Assembly: GCF_000010065.1 (NCBI RefSeq)
Contig: NC_006576.1
Location: forward strand, 1,590,001 to 1,622,000
Source of the DNA: Synechococcus elongatus PCC 6301
GTDB taxonomy: Bacteria; Cyanobacteriota; Cyanobacteriia; Synechococcales; Synechococcaceae
DNA length: 32,000 nucleotides
Direction of reading: 5' to 3'
Below are positions 1-9,008 of this stretch, one piece after another. The notes under the pieces are model-generated. The model did no database searches and was not told the DNA's origin. It saw nothing but the letters and a program-made list of their open reading frames with translations. Position numbers and translations under genes: made by a program. The first letter of the stretch is position 1. Each line of letters starts with the position of its first letter.

Positions 1-44
1 GTGCCAGTCACGAAAAAGCGATCGGGAAATGCGAACTGAGGCAT
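1..44 (-). CDS. bioD: Dethiobiotin synthase, N-terminal fragment (gene continues beyond the left edge)
   Basis: Reverse-strand ATG at 44..42 is followed by MPQFAFPDRFFVTGT. This resembles the usual BioD N-terminus that leads into the FVTGTDT-GVGKT P-loop. It starts 5 nt after the bioC stop within a bio cluster. Only 14 codons are visible. Confidence 0.5.
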   Translation of the reverse strand, partial: MPQFAFPDRFFVTG

Positions 45-49
45 GCAGG

Positions 50-871
50 TTAAGTCAGCAGAGAACAACGGGGATCAGGGCAGCTCACCGGCGCGATCGC
101 TGCAGGTACAGGCGATTTTTGCCACAGCCCCCACCAAAATTCTTGCTCAATCGGTTGCGATCGCTGATCCCAAGCTTGGAGTAAGCGCCGAAATTGCTGG
201 GGTGGCAGAGGATCGGCCGCTGTTGCCGTCGCTCCGAGGTCTTTGAGTTGCCGGAAAAAGTGGCGGGCGTTGGTGATCGGTAACGTCAGGCGATCGCAAG
301 ATCCCTGCTGGAGTTGTCCCGATCGCGACAAGACGGCCTGAATCTCAGCTGCCTCCGGCAGTGGATGTCCCGTAAAGGGAATCTGCAACTGCTCACAGAG
401 CTGTCGCCAGACCTGAAAACTGCCTGCTGTCGGCACTGCTAGTAAGAGCCAGCCGCCCGGAACTAAAGCCGCTTGCCAGCGCTGCAAACTCGCTAGCGGA
501 TCTGGCAGCCATTGCAGGGCAAAACTACTGGCGATCGCGGCATAGGCGGGTTCTGGGCGGACGGTCGCTCCATCCAAAACCTGAAACTGGAGCTGAGGCG
601 ATCGCGGTAAATTCTGCTCACAGGCAGCCAGCATCGCCGGTGAAAGATCAGAGCAAATCAGGGAGCGATCGGGCCAAGTCTGGTGCAGTTTTCGACTGAG
701 TAAGCCTGTGCCACAGCCGATTTCAAGGATCGGTCCCGCTGGCAAGTCAATAGCTCTAAAAGCGGTACTCAAGCGATCGACAGCGACTTTCTGGGCGATC
801 GCCACCGATTCATAGGTTCTGGCAGCAGCGCCAAACTGCTGACCAATTTTGGCGGGGGTTAGCGCACTCAT
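50..871 (-). CDS. bioC: Malonyl-ACP O-methyltransferase (class I SAM methyltransferase, BioC type)
   Basis: Contains the SAM-binding motif LEIGCGTGLLS and the BioC-like N-terminus QQFGAAARTYESVAIAQ. I moved the start to the internal ATG at 871, which forms an ATGA overlap with the stop of the upstream esterase gene (868-871). The 302-aa track ORF is probably an N-terminal over-extension. Confidence 0.75.
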   Translation of the reverse strand: MSALTPAKIGQQFGAAARTYESVAIAQKVAVDRLSTAFRAIDLPAGPILEIGCGTGLLSRKLHQTWPDRSLICSDLSPAMLAACEQNLPRSPQLQFQVLDGATVRPEPAYAAIASSFALQWLPDPLASLQRWQAALVPGGWLLLAVPTAGSFQVWRQLCEQLQIPFTGHPLPEAAEIQAVLSRSGQLQQGSCDRLTLPITNARHFFRQLKDLGATATAADPLPPQQFRRLLQAWDQRSQPIEQEFWWGLWQKSPVPAAIAPVSCPDPRCSLLT

Positions 872-1536
872 GCCGCCAATACCTCTTGGAGCCAAGCCTG
901 ACAATCGGCGATCGCGGTGACTGGCAGGGCGTGACCTTGGCGTGGCCAAAATTTCCACGCTGTCGGCTGCAACTGGTCAATGAGAGTCTGCGCCCGTTCA
1001 ATCGGCACAATGCGATCGCTCTCGCCGTGCAGCACCAGCCGCTGAGGAATCCGCAGCAAAGGTTCAATGGCAAGCTGACTGCGATCGAGCTGTTCCAAAT
1101 CTGCCAACAAGCGATCGCGATCGGGGGCGATCGCCGGTAATTCCGGCGCAGTTTGCGGTCGATAGCACTGGCGATAGAAACCCTGCAAACCAGCGAGTGG
1201 ATCAGATGCGATCGCGTCTCGTAATTGCCCTAACGCCTGCTGAGACTGGGTTTTCGCCGGTTCTAGCTCCGGATGATAAGCCGTGAAACCGCCCCAACAA
1301 ATCAGACAATCTGCTCGCGCCACCAAGTCTGCTGGTAGCCAATGCAATCCCCAAGAATGGGTCAGCAACCAGAGGCGATCGCCTAACGCTGGCCAATCCA
1401 ACTGGGGCGACCCCCAATAGCCGCGATCGCCGGCCCAAAAGTCTGCGCCCTGCGCCCGAAACCAGTCCTGCCAAGGCTGCCAGCTTGCCGCAGACCAGCC
1501 CCAGCCATGAAAAGCCAGCACCGACCAACGACTCAT
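868..1536 (-). CDS. bioK: Alpha/beta hydrolase, probable pimeloyl-ACP methyl ester esterase (BioH-replacing, cyanobacterial BioK type)
   Basis: 222 aa with a nucleophile-elbow-like motif (LLTHSWGLHW) and a C-terminal histidine region (RQGHALP). It is sandwiched between bioF and bioC with ATGA start/stop overlaps on both sides (1533-1536 and 868-871). Function is inferred from this position in the bio operon. Confidence 0.6.
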   Translation of the reverse strand: MSRWSVLAFHGWGWSAASWQPWQDWFRAQGADFWAGDRGYWGSPQLDWPALGDRLWLLTHSWGLHWLPADLVARADCLICWGGFTAYHPELEPAKTQSQQALGQLRDAIASDPLAGLQGFYRQCYRPQTAPELPAIAPDRDRLLADLEQLDRSQLAIEPLLRIPQRLVLHGESDRIVPIERAQTLIDQLQPTAWKFWPRQGHALPVTAIADCQAWLQEVLAA

Positions 1537-2699
1537 ACCCAGCCCTCACTCAGCACTGTTACAAGCTGGTGCAGGTGTTGCGGTTGATGATCGCTGCGCA
1601 AGACCAGCCGCAATCGCGCCGTCCCCTCGGGTACCGTCGGCGGCCGGATCGCTATCGCTAAAATTCCTGCTGCCTCCAGTCGCTGCGCCAAAGCCAAAGC
1701 TTGCTCAGACTCCCCCACCAGCAGCGGCACAATCTGCGTTTCTGAGGGGCCACAATCCCAGCCGCGATCGCGACAACTCTGCCGCAATTCCGCTGCGATC
1801 GCCTGCAGATGCTGCCGTTCTGGTTCTAGTTCCGGTAATAACTGCACGGCAGCCAAAGCTGCAGCCACGACCGGCGGGGCGATCGCCGTCGTATAAATCA
1901 GCCCCGGACAGGTGTTGATCCAGTAATCACAGAGCGATCGCGAAGCCACCACAAAAGCTCCTGCCGATCCACAGGCTTTGCCAAAGGTGCCAACCGCCAC
2001 ATCCACTCGCGGATGCCGCAACGCTAGACCACTGCCTTCTGTTCCCAACACACCCAGCGCATGGGCATCATCCAAGTAGAGAATGGCACCATAGCGATCG
2101 GCCAAATCCGCCAAGCGATCAACATCCGTGCGATCGCCATCCATGCTGAACACCGTTTCGCTGACGATCCCGAGCCGAACGCCTGCCGGTGCCTGCTGCA
2201 ATAACTGTTCCAAATGGTCGAAGTCGTTGTGGCGATAGCGCCGCCATTGGGCTTTGCTGGCTTGAACCCCAAACAGCAAGCTGTTGTGCGCTAAGCGATC
2301 GACCAAGACCAGCGATTGGCGATCGAATAAAGTCGGCAGCAGCGTTGCGTTCGCCTGATAGCCAGAGCTAAACAGTAGCGCCGCTTCCCGCTGACTGAAG
2401 GCTGCCAGCGCTTCTTCCAGTTGCTGATGTAGCGGAAAACTACCGCAGACCAAGCGCGAGGCCATCGCACCTGTGCCGTAGCGCCGCATCGCTGCCGTCG
2501 CCGCTGCAATCAAGCGCGGATCCTGCGCCAAACCCAAATAGTCATTGCTGCTGAAATCCAGCAAGGGGCGATCGCCCTGCCGCAGATACGGCCCTGCCTC
2601 TGGCGAAAACTCACGTAGCGATCGTCGATTCGATGGCCCGCGCTTCTGGAATGCCTCCTCCACGAACGCCCATTTCGCTACCCCGCGATCGCTCACCAT
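1533..2699 (-). CDS. bioF: 8-amino-7-oxononanoate synthase
   Basis: 388 aa alpha-oxoamine synthase. Motifs seen: FSSNDYLGL, SGYQANA, DDAHALGVLG, and the PLP-lysine motif GTFGKACGSAG. ATG at 2699. Confidence 0.9.
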   Translation of the reverse strand: MVSDRGVAKWAFVEEAFQKRGPSNRRSLREFSPEAGPYLRQGDRPLLDFSSNDYLGLAQDPRLIAAATAAMRRYGTGAMASRLVCGSFPLHQQLEEALAAFSQREAALLFSSGYQANATLLPTLFDRQSLVLVDRLAHNSLLFGVQASKAQWRRYRHNDFDHLEQLLQQAPAGVRLGIVSETVFSMDGDRTDVDRLADLADRYGAILYLDDAHALGVLGTEGSGLALRHPRVDVAVGTFGKACGSAGAFVVASRSLCDYWINTCPGLIYTTAIAPPVVAAALAAVQLLPELEPERQHLQAIAAELRQSCRDRGWDCGPSETQIVPLLVGESEQALALAQRLEAAGILAIAIRPPTVPEGTARLRLVLRSDHQPQHLHQLVTVLSEGWV

Positions 2700-2823
2700 T
2701 GCTGCACCGACACCGATCTCTGATCGTAAAGCCGCGATCGCCTTTCCCTGTCACTGCGTCCGAGGCAACAGACAGCCTGCCATCCATGCCGTCTATCTTG
2801 AAAGGCAGATTCTCAGCAGCGCT

Positions 2824-3801
2824 ATGACGATCGCCACGACCTGTCAACTCGGTCCCAACGGACCCACCGTTTCTGCTCTCGGCATTGGCACTTGGGCTTG
2901 GGGCGACAGTCTCTACTGGACTTACGGCCAAGACTACGACGAAGCGCAATTGCAGACGACCTTTGCCACTGCGATCGCCGCTGGCGTCAGTTTTTTCGAC
3001 ACTGCTGAAATCTATGGCTTAGGCGAATCCGAGCGGATTCTAGGGCGCTGCCTCCAGCAAGGTGATCAGCCTGCCCAGATCGCTACCAAGTACTTCCCAA
3101 TCCCTTGGCGATTCGGCAGCAAAGCCGTACAAAAGGCGCTGGATCAGAGTCTGGAACGGCTGCAGCGCCAGAGCATCGAACTCTATCAAGTTCACTGGCC
3201 GCCCGCTTTTTTGCTCGGACAAACCAAGATCCTGAAAACCCTAGCAGCGGCTTATAAACGCGGTCAGATTCAAGCGATCGGTGTCAGCAACTACAACGCC
3301 CGACAACTGCGGCAGGCCCATGCGCTCCTGGCTGAGCAGGGCGTTCCCCTCGCCGTCAACCAAGTTCAATACTCGCTGTTGGAGCGTCGTATCGAAACCA
3401 ACGGTAGCCTCGCCGCTGCCCGGGAACTCGGCGTCACGATTTTGGCCTACTGTCCGCTGGCCCAAGGCTTGCTGACGGGCAAATATCGGCCAGATGCGGA
3501 CTCGCGCCCCACTGGTGCCCGCAAGATCAACCCGCAGTTCCGCTCGCAGGCGCTGGAAAAACTGCAACCACTGCTGGATCAGCTAGCAGCACTGGGCGAT
3601 CGCTACGATCGCACCATTCCTCAAGTCGCCTTGAACTGGTTGATTGCCCAAGGCAACGTCATCCCCATTCCCGGCGCAAAATCGCCAGCACAGGCCCAAG
3701 ACAATGCTGGTGCCCTCGGTTGGCAACTCAGCCCTGAAGATGTCGCGAGTTTGGCTCAGCTCAGTTCTGGCGGGCGATCGCTGGCGGCAGCTGCTCACTA
3801 A
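2824..3801 (+). CDS. Aldo/keto reductase family oxidoreductase
   Basis: AKR hallmarks: LGIGTWAWGD, FFDTAEIYG, IELYQVHWP, IGVSNY, VNQVQYSLL and IPIPGAKS. I placed the start at the ATG at 2824 (MTIATTCQLG...). The upstream 93 codons of the track ORF overlap bioF and look non-coding. Confidence 0.85.
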   Translation: MTIATTCQLGPNGPTVSALGIGTWAWGDSLYWTYGQDYDEAQLQTTFATAIAAGVSFFDTAEIYGLGESERILGRCLQQGDQPAQIATKYFPIPWRFGSKAVQKALDQSLERLQRQSIELYQVHWPPAFLLGQTKILKTLAAAYKRGQIQAIGVSNYNARQLRQAHALLAEQGVPLAVNQVQYSLLERRIETNGSLAAARELGVTILAYCPLAQGLLTGKYRPDADSRPTGARKINPQFRSQALEKLQPLLDQLAALGDRYDRTIPQVALNWLIAQGNVIPIPGAKSPAQAQDNAGALGWQLSPEDVASLAQLSSGGRSLAAAAH

Positions 3802-5467
3802 ACAGCAGGGGCATTACCGGATTCGACAGCTGTTCCGCCGCCGCTGCAGTCAAACCAACTCGGGCTTGGCTTTGGCCCAGCAGGTAGGTCTGCAAAAAGG
3901 AGAGACTGACCTGTTGCAAGGCTCGTCGCCCCAACTCTGGCGAGGGTCCCAGCAATGCAGGTGGTAGGCGAGTCGCAGGCCCTTGACTCTCACCTAGCAC
4001 CGAAAAGTGGGTGGCATTCACCGCAACGACCAGATGCTTGTTGGGGCTGCCCAGCCGTTGAAAGGGTTGAATGGCCTCGGCCAAAGTCGGCACGATCAAA
4101 TCGGCACTGCCACTCCAGAGCAAGGTGGGGGTCTGCACTTGGTTGAGAGCAGCTGGCTCAAACACCTTGCTGGCAAAGGGGCTAATCGGCAACACAGCAA
4201 CCACGCGCGGATCGCGCAGGTCGTAGCGATCGCGGGGTAAGCGCCCCAGACTGCACTGCAACGATGCGGAAGGCACAAGCATCAACCGTTCGACTGAGCT
4301 GCAAGCCGCACGAATCTTCTCGGGTTCAATCACTGCTCCTGCCAGCATCAAGGCTGTAAAACCGCCGTAGGAATGCCCCAGCACCGCCACCCGTCGGGTA
4401 TTGACACGAAAGCGCCACTGGGGTTCCAGCATCAAGCGATCGAGCACAAAGCGGATATCTTGGGGTCGATCGATCGCCTCTTGGGGGCCAGGGGGGTTGG
4501 CAAAACCTGCCGCTGCCGAGGCAAACTGGCGCGAGGAACTGCCGACATGTTCCGGCAGGACAACAACAAACCCATGACTGGCCAAAAACTGGGCTAGGTA
4601 GGCAAAGTTGCCACGATCTTCCCCCAAACCATGGGAGATGATGACCACTGGCAGGGATAGCCCTTGGCGATCGGGCCAGTAGATCGTGGTAGGTACCCGA
4701 CGCGTGCGATCGCTGTCGACCCAGTCCCAGTTTTGCTGCCGTACCGTGTAGGGGCCGCGCTGGGCAGGCCGGAAGTTACGGCTGGGCAGGGAGGGTTGCT
4801 CTTGCATTTGGGCTGCGATCGCTCGCAGCATTGCACCCGTTTCCGCCTCTAAGGCCCGAATCCGCTGAAACAGCTTGAGGCCAGTATCCAAGTCCAGCTG
4901 CATGAGCGGTCCAGGAAAGGCCTTGATCAGTCCAATCAAAGTCAGTCCCTGCGGCTGTTCGCTAGCCGTCAGCAGCGCCTGACGCAGAGCCGCTGCACCC
5001 GACTCACCGGGCTGGGGCCGAATCAAGCTGCCAATCTGCTGCAAAAAGATTTCGAGGGTGTCGGTGTTAGTCAACACCGGCCGCAACACCTCTGGCGATA
5101 GCGGCAGTCTTGCGCTCAGGGCAGTGCGAGCCTCCTTCAACGTCGCTTCTGGAACCAGCACATTCAAAAAGCCAAAGCCGCGATCGAAGCGGCCAGTTCT
5201 CTGGAAGTTTTCGAGAACTGAGACGGGCAGATCAAGATTGGTATCCGCCCAAGAGACCCGCAAGGTTTCAGCCGGACGACTGGGCAGGGCGATCGCCCCC
5301 CAAAGGCCAAAAGCAAAGCCGCTGCTCCACAGCAATCGCGTCAGACAAAAGTGAATGCGAGCCCTAGGGCGTAAGTAGCGAGGCGGCTGGTGCCGTGGTT
5401 TCACAGGACAGACCTTCAAACCCGCGACAGAGATTAGCTTCCATTTTGTCGTGTCGCTTGGGTGCAT
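3761..5467 (-). CDS. Exported or membrane-anchored alpha/beta serine hydrolase with a DUF1400-like N-terminal domain
   Basis: 568-aa ORF. It has a hydrophobic signal-like segment (LLWSSGFAFGLWGAIALP), an N-domain resembling cyanobacterial DUF1400, and a GxSxG nucleophile elbow (VLGHSYGG). The start is uncertain: an in-frame GTG at 5407 would give a cleaner signal peptide (MKPRHQ...). Confidence 0.75.
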   Translation of the reverse strand: MHPSDTTKWKLISVAGLKVCPVKPRHQPPRYLRPRARIHFCLTRLLWSSGFAFGLWGAIALPSRPAETLRVSWADTNLDLPVSVLENFQRTGRFDRGFGFLNVLVPEATLKEARTALSARLPLSPEVLRPVLTNTDTLEIFLQQIGSLIRPQPGESGAAALRQALLTASEQPQGLTLIGLIKAFPGPLMQLDLDTGLKLFQRIRALEAETGAMLRAIAAQMQEQPSLPSRNFRPAQRGPYTVRQQNWDWVDSDRTRRVPTTIYWPDRQGLSLPVVIISHGLGEDRGNFAYLAQFLASHGFVVVLPEHVGSSSRQFASAAAGFANPPGPQEAIDRPQDIRFVLDRLMLEPQWRFRVNTRRVAVLGHSYGGFTALMLAGAVIEPEKIRAACSSVERLMLVPSASLQCSLGRLPRDRYDLRDPRVVAVLPISPFASKVFEPAALNQVQTPTLLWSGSADLIVPTLAEAIQPFQRLGSPNKHLVVAVNATHFSVLGESQGPATRLPPALLGPSPELGRRALQQVSLSFLQTYLLGQSQARVGLTAAAAEQLSNPVMPLLFSEQLPPAIARQN

Positions 5468-5511
5468 CTGTCGCTACTTCTACAATCGATCGGGCACCAT
5501 CAAACGCTGGG

Positions 5512-6702
5512 ATGATCACTTCGCACACTGCTGACCAGAACTGGCCGCTTTGGCCTCTGCTGCCACTCTATCCCTACGGGCGGCGCCAGACCCTCTGTCG
5601 GGAAATTCTGCCAAGTCAGCTGTGGGTGTTTGAGCAACTGCAAGGAGTGCTCTACGTCGCGGTGCCGATTCGGATGACGGTGGTGCGACTTCAACGGGGT
5701 GGCCTGCTGGTCTATGCACCAATCGCCCCCACCCGCGAATGCCGACGCCAGCTCCAAGCCTTGGAAAATCGCTACGGCGCAGTGCAGCACATTGTCTTAC
5801 CCACCAGTTCAGGACTCGAACATAAGGTGTTTGTCGGGCCATTTGCCCGCGCTTTCCCCAGCGCTACGATTTGGGTAGCTCCGGATCAATGGAGCTTTCC
5901 GCTGCGCTTGCCGTTGCACTGGTTGGGCATTCCCCGCGATCGCACCCGCTTCCTTGCTGATGCGCAGGGAGAACTGGTTGAGGAGTTTGAGTGGGCGCGA
6001 CTCGGTCCAATCGATCTCGGCCCTGGCCCCTTTGAAGAAATCGCGCTCTTTCACCGCCCTAGCCGCAGCTTGCTGCTCACCGACACACTGATCGCGATTC
6101 AACCGGAGCCACCGGCGATCGCCCAGATCGATCCCTGGCCCTTGCTGTTCCACAGCCGCGATCGCGTCGATCAAACTTGGAAAGATACGCCAGCGTTACG
6201 CCGTCAGGGTTGGCAACGCACCGTTCTATTTAGTCTCTACTTCCGCCCGAGTGCCCTCGAAGTCACCTCGCTTTGGCAGAGTGTCAAAGAGGCAGGACAA
6301 GCACCTGAGCGCTCGCGTCGGGCTTACTGGGGACTCTATCCCTTCCACTGGAAAGCCGACTGGCAGCAATCTTTTCAGAAGCTGCCTGCCGCTGGAACGC
6401 CTTTTGTGGCTCCCATTTCGCAAGAGCTGATTCTTTCGCAAGCCCCAAAAGCAACCTTGGCGTGGGTCGATCACATTTGCCAATGGCCGTTTGAGCAGAT
6501 TGTGCCCTGCCATTTTGAAGCACCGATCGCGGCTGGTCCCGATGCAGTGCGCCAAGCCTTTGCCTTCCTCCGCGATCGCACTCAGCCGTTCCCTGAAGCC
6601 GATCTGGAATTGCTGCACAATCTCGATCGCCAACTTCAGCAACGGGGAATCACACCACCACGCTCACAAGAAAGTGAGATTAAGACTGGTAGCCAGCGCT
6701 AG
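5512..6702 (+). CDS. Conserved hypothetical protein (DUF4336-like)
   Basis: Long ORF with good coding character. Start placed at the ATG at 5512 (MITSHTADQNWPLWPLLPLYPYG...). The family assignment comes from memory of the N-terminal WPL..LPLYPYG region and is tentative. Confidence 0.65.
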   Translation: MITSHTADQNWPLWPLLPLYPYGRRQTLCREILPSQLWVFEQLQGVLYVAVPIRMTVVRLQRGGLLVYAPIAPTRECRRQLQALENRYGAVQHIVLPTSSGLEHKVFVGPFARAFPSATIWVAPDQWSFPLRLPLHWLGIPRDRTRFLADAQGELVEEFEWARLGPIDLGPGPFEEIALFHRPSRSLLLTDTLIAIQPEPPAIAQIDPWPLLFHSRDRVDQTWKDTPALRRQGWQRTVLFSLYFRPSALEVTSLWQSVKEAGQAPERSRRAYWGLYPFHWKADWQQSFQKLPAAGTPFVAPISQELILSQAPKATLAWVDHICQWPFEQIVPCHFEAPIAAGPDAVRQAFAFLRDRTQPFPEADLELLHNLDRQLQQRGITPPRSQESEIKTGSQR

Positions 6703-6761
6703 TCCTCTTCGCAGAAGCGACTTCTACCGTCAGAATAAGGCGCAGCTACTTGGCTTGCTCC

Positions 6762-7826
6762 ATGTCAATTAAGTCGCTGATCTCATTTGGTTTACTCGTG
6801 TTTGTGCCGATCTCGATCGCGGCGGAATGGCTGCACTGGGGGGAAGGCGCAATTTTTGTGACCTCGGCGCTGGCGATCGTGCCACTTGCGATTTGGCTGA
6901 GTACGGCCACCGAAGAAATCGCGGTGGTGGTGGGTCCTTCGATTGGCGCACTGCTTAATGCTGTATTCGGCAATGCCACGGAGCTGATCATCGCCGTCGT
7001 GGCACTGCGGGCGGGCCTCGTCGATATCGTCAAAGCCAGTATCACCGGCACGATCATCAGTAACCTGCTACTGGCGATGGGCCTGTCGATGCTGGTGGGC
7101 GGTATTGGTCGCCAAGAACAAACCTTCAAGCCAGTGGTAGCGCGGGTCAACGGTTCGGCTATGACTTTGGCAGTTCTTGCCATTCTCTTGCCGACGCTGG
7201 CGATCGCAACCGGTGGGGAAACGCCGCCCTCGGAACTGGGCTTTTCGCAGTTTGTCGCTTGGATTCTGCTGGCGGTCTATGGTCTAACGCTGCTGTTCTC
7301 ACTCAAAACCCACCGCAGTCTCTACGATGTGGGCGTGACTGAACATGAGCACAGTGGCGATCGCCCTAACCTGCTGCTTTGGGTGGGTGTGCTGGCAGCT
7401 GCAACCCTCGCAGTTGCCTACGAGTCAGAAATTTTTGTCGGTGTAGTCGAGTCTGTGACCGAAAAAGTCGGCCTGTCACCATTGTTTACTGGCGTGATCT
7501 TGCTGCCTCTACTCGGTGGTGCGGCAGAATACGTCACTGCCGTCAGCGTGGCGCGCAAAGACAATATGGATCTGTCAGTTTCCGTGGCCCTCGGTTCAAC
7601 CCTGTTGGTCGCTTTGTTCGTGGCACCACTGTTGGTGCTGATCGGCCCCTTGTTCGGCCATCCGCTGGATCTCAGTTTCAACCTATTTGAACTGGTGGCA
7701 GTCGTGGTCGCCGTCGCGGTCAGTAACTTGATCAGCATTGACGGGCGATCGGACTGGCTGGAAGGTTGTCTCCTATTGGCGGCCTACCTGATTCTGGGTG
7801 CTGCTTTCTACTTCCAATCCGCTTGA
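6762..7826 (+). CDS. Ca2+/H+ antiporter, CAX (ChaA-like) family
   Basis: About 11 predicted TM helices with the two CAX signature repeats GNATELIIA and GGAAEYVTAV. I prefer the first ATG at 6762 to the TTG at 6750. Confidence 0.85.
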   Translation: MSIKSLISFGLLVFVPISIAAEWLHWGEGAIFVTSALAIVPLAIWLSTATEEIAVVVGPSIGALLNAVFGNATELIIAVVALRAGLVDIVKASITGTIISNLLLAMGLSMLVGGIGRQEQTFKPVVARVNGSAMTLAVLAILLPTLAIATGGETPPSELGFSQFVAWILLAVYGLTLLFSLKTHRSLYDVGVTEHEHSGDRPNLLLWVGVLAAATLAVAYESEIFVGVVESVTEKVGLSPLFTGVILLPLLGGAAEYVTAVSVARKDNMDLSVSVALGSTLLVALFVAPLLVLIGPLFGHPLDLSFNLFELVAVVVAVAVSNLISIDGRSDWLEGCLLLAAYLILGAAFYFQSA

Positions 7827-7833
7827 GCCTGCC

Positions 7834-9003
7834 ATGACGCTACTTCCTGAAGATGCGCCGCGATCGCGGTCATCAGTGGACTGGACTCTCATGCAGCTGT
7901 CGGAGTCGATGCCCCTCTGGCCGCTGCTGGTGGGATCAGGGCTAATTTTGCTCAGCTTGCTAACGGGTTGGCGTTGGCTATTGGCGATCGCTTCGCTAGG
8001 AACCCTGGCGATCGCGGCCCTGCAACTCTTGCCGCCCCTCTGGCAGCGCTGGCGCTACCGCTTTGAGCAAACCGAAACCCGTGAAACCTTGGCACTGTTG
8101 GGGCTATTGCTGGCTGTCGTGGGCTTCAGCATCGTCTTCGATCTCTGGCGACCCTTCATCACGATCTACAGCAGTGGCGATTGGGATGCGATTGGCGCGA
8201 TCGGGGAAGGCGTGATCGGAGCCTTTGGCCAAATTCTGTTGGCGCTAGTCGCCCTGGTCATTGCCTGGCGACAATATGCGATCGATAAGCGGTTAACCAC
8301 TCAGCAAAACCAAATTACCCAAGCGCAGACCATCGATAGCTTCATTCAGGGCATCTCAGATCTGATTAGCGATGAAGAAGGACTGCTCGAAGACTGGCCG
8401 CTGGAACGAATGCTGGCAGAAGGTCGGACAGCTGCTGTCCTCAGCAGTATCGACGGTCAAGGCAAAGCCAAAATTCTGCGCTTTCTCTCCCATGCTCGCC
8501 TGTTGACGCCGCTGAAACGGGATCATCGCCTCGGGCGCGCCATCCTCGATGGCAGTGGTGGCTACGCTGAAGATCGACTGGAAGGGATTCCCGTGATTCA
8601 ACTGCTGAGCATGTTGGCCGGGATGGATTTGCAGGCGACTGACCTCCGTAGCGTCGATTTCAACCGCGCCGATCTGCAGGAGAGTGATCTGCAAGATGCC
8701 GATCTCAGCCAAGCCAACTTAGCGGGCTGCAATCTCAGTGGTAGCCGCCTACGCGAAGCAACCGTGGCGCAAACCCGCTGGTTCTATGGACATTGGGAGA
8801 CCGCAACCCCTGCTCAAGCCAATCTGACGCCGGACTATGAGACGGGGATTGGAACCGGCGCGATCGTTGAGGATGTGGACTTCTCGCAGATCCAATCCCT
8901 GTCGCCCGAAGCTCGCTACTACTGCTGCTCCTGGTGCGGATCGCGATCGCGATCGACGATTCCCGGCGGCTGCAAGGGTATCGCCAACCGTCTCGATCGC
9001 TGA
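7834..9003 (+). CDS. Membrane-anchored pentapeptide-repeat protein
   Basis: N-terminal TM helices are followed by clear A(D/N)LxX pentapeptide repeats (ATDLRSVDFNRADLQESDLQDADLSQANLAGCNLSGSRLREA) and a Cys-rich tail (YYCCSWCGS...GGCKG). The ATG at 7834 lies 7 nt after the CAX stop. Confidence 0.8.
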   Translation: MTLLPEDAPRSRSSVDWTLMQLSESMPLWPLLVGSGLILLSLLTGWRWLLAIASLGTLAIAALQLLPPLWQRWRYRFEQTETRETLALLGLLLAVVGFSIVFDLWRPFITIYSSGDWDAIGAIGEGVIGAFGQILLALVALVIAWRQYAIDKRLTTQQNQITQAQTIDSFIQGISDLISDEEGLLEDWPLERMLAEGRTAAVLSSIDGQGKAKILRFLSHARLLTPLKRDHRLGRAILDGSGGYAEDRLEGIPVIQLLSMLAGMDLQATDLRSVDFNRADLQESDLQDADLSQANLAGCNLSGSRLREATVAQTRWFYGHWETATPAQANLTPDYETGIGTGAIVEDVDFSQIQSLSPEARYYCCSWCGSRSRSTIPGGCKGIANRLDR

Positions 9004-9008
9004 AGCTC

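Noticed and set aside
43-246. 67-aa + strand ORF overlapping the 3' part of bioC. Many other 60-200-aa ORFs lie antisense to or out of frame with long genes, for example 6746-7183, 13568-14158, 25400-25828, 26365-26754 and 29421-29879.
   Set aside because: They sit entirely inside well-supported genes with recognisable products. They are rich in Arg/Ala/Gly/Ser/Pro, as expected for shadow frames of GC-rich, HIP1-laden DNA. They have no recognisable motifs.
2545-2823. N-terminal 93-codon extension of the aldo/keto reductase ORF.
   Set aside because: It overlaps the bioF coding region on the opposite strand and has Arg/Ser/Pro-rich junk composition. AKR homology begins right after the ATG at 2824.
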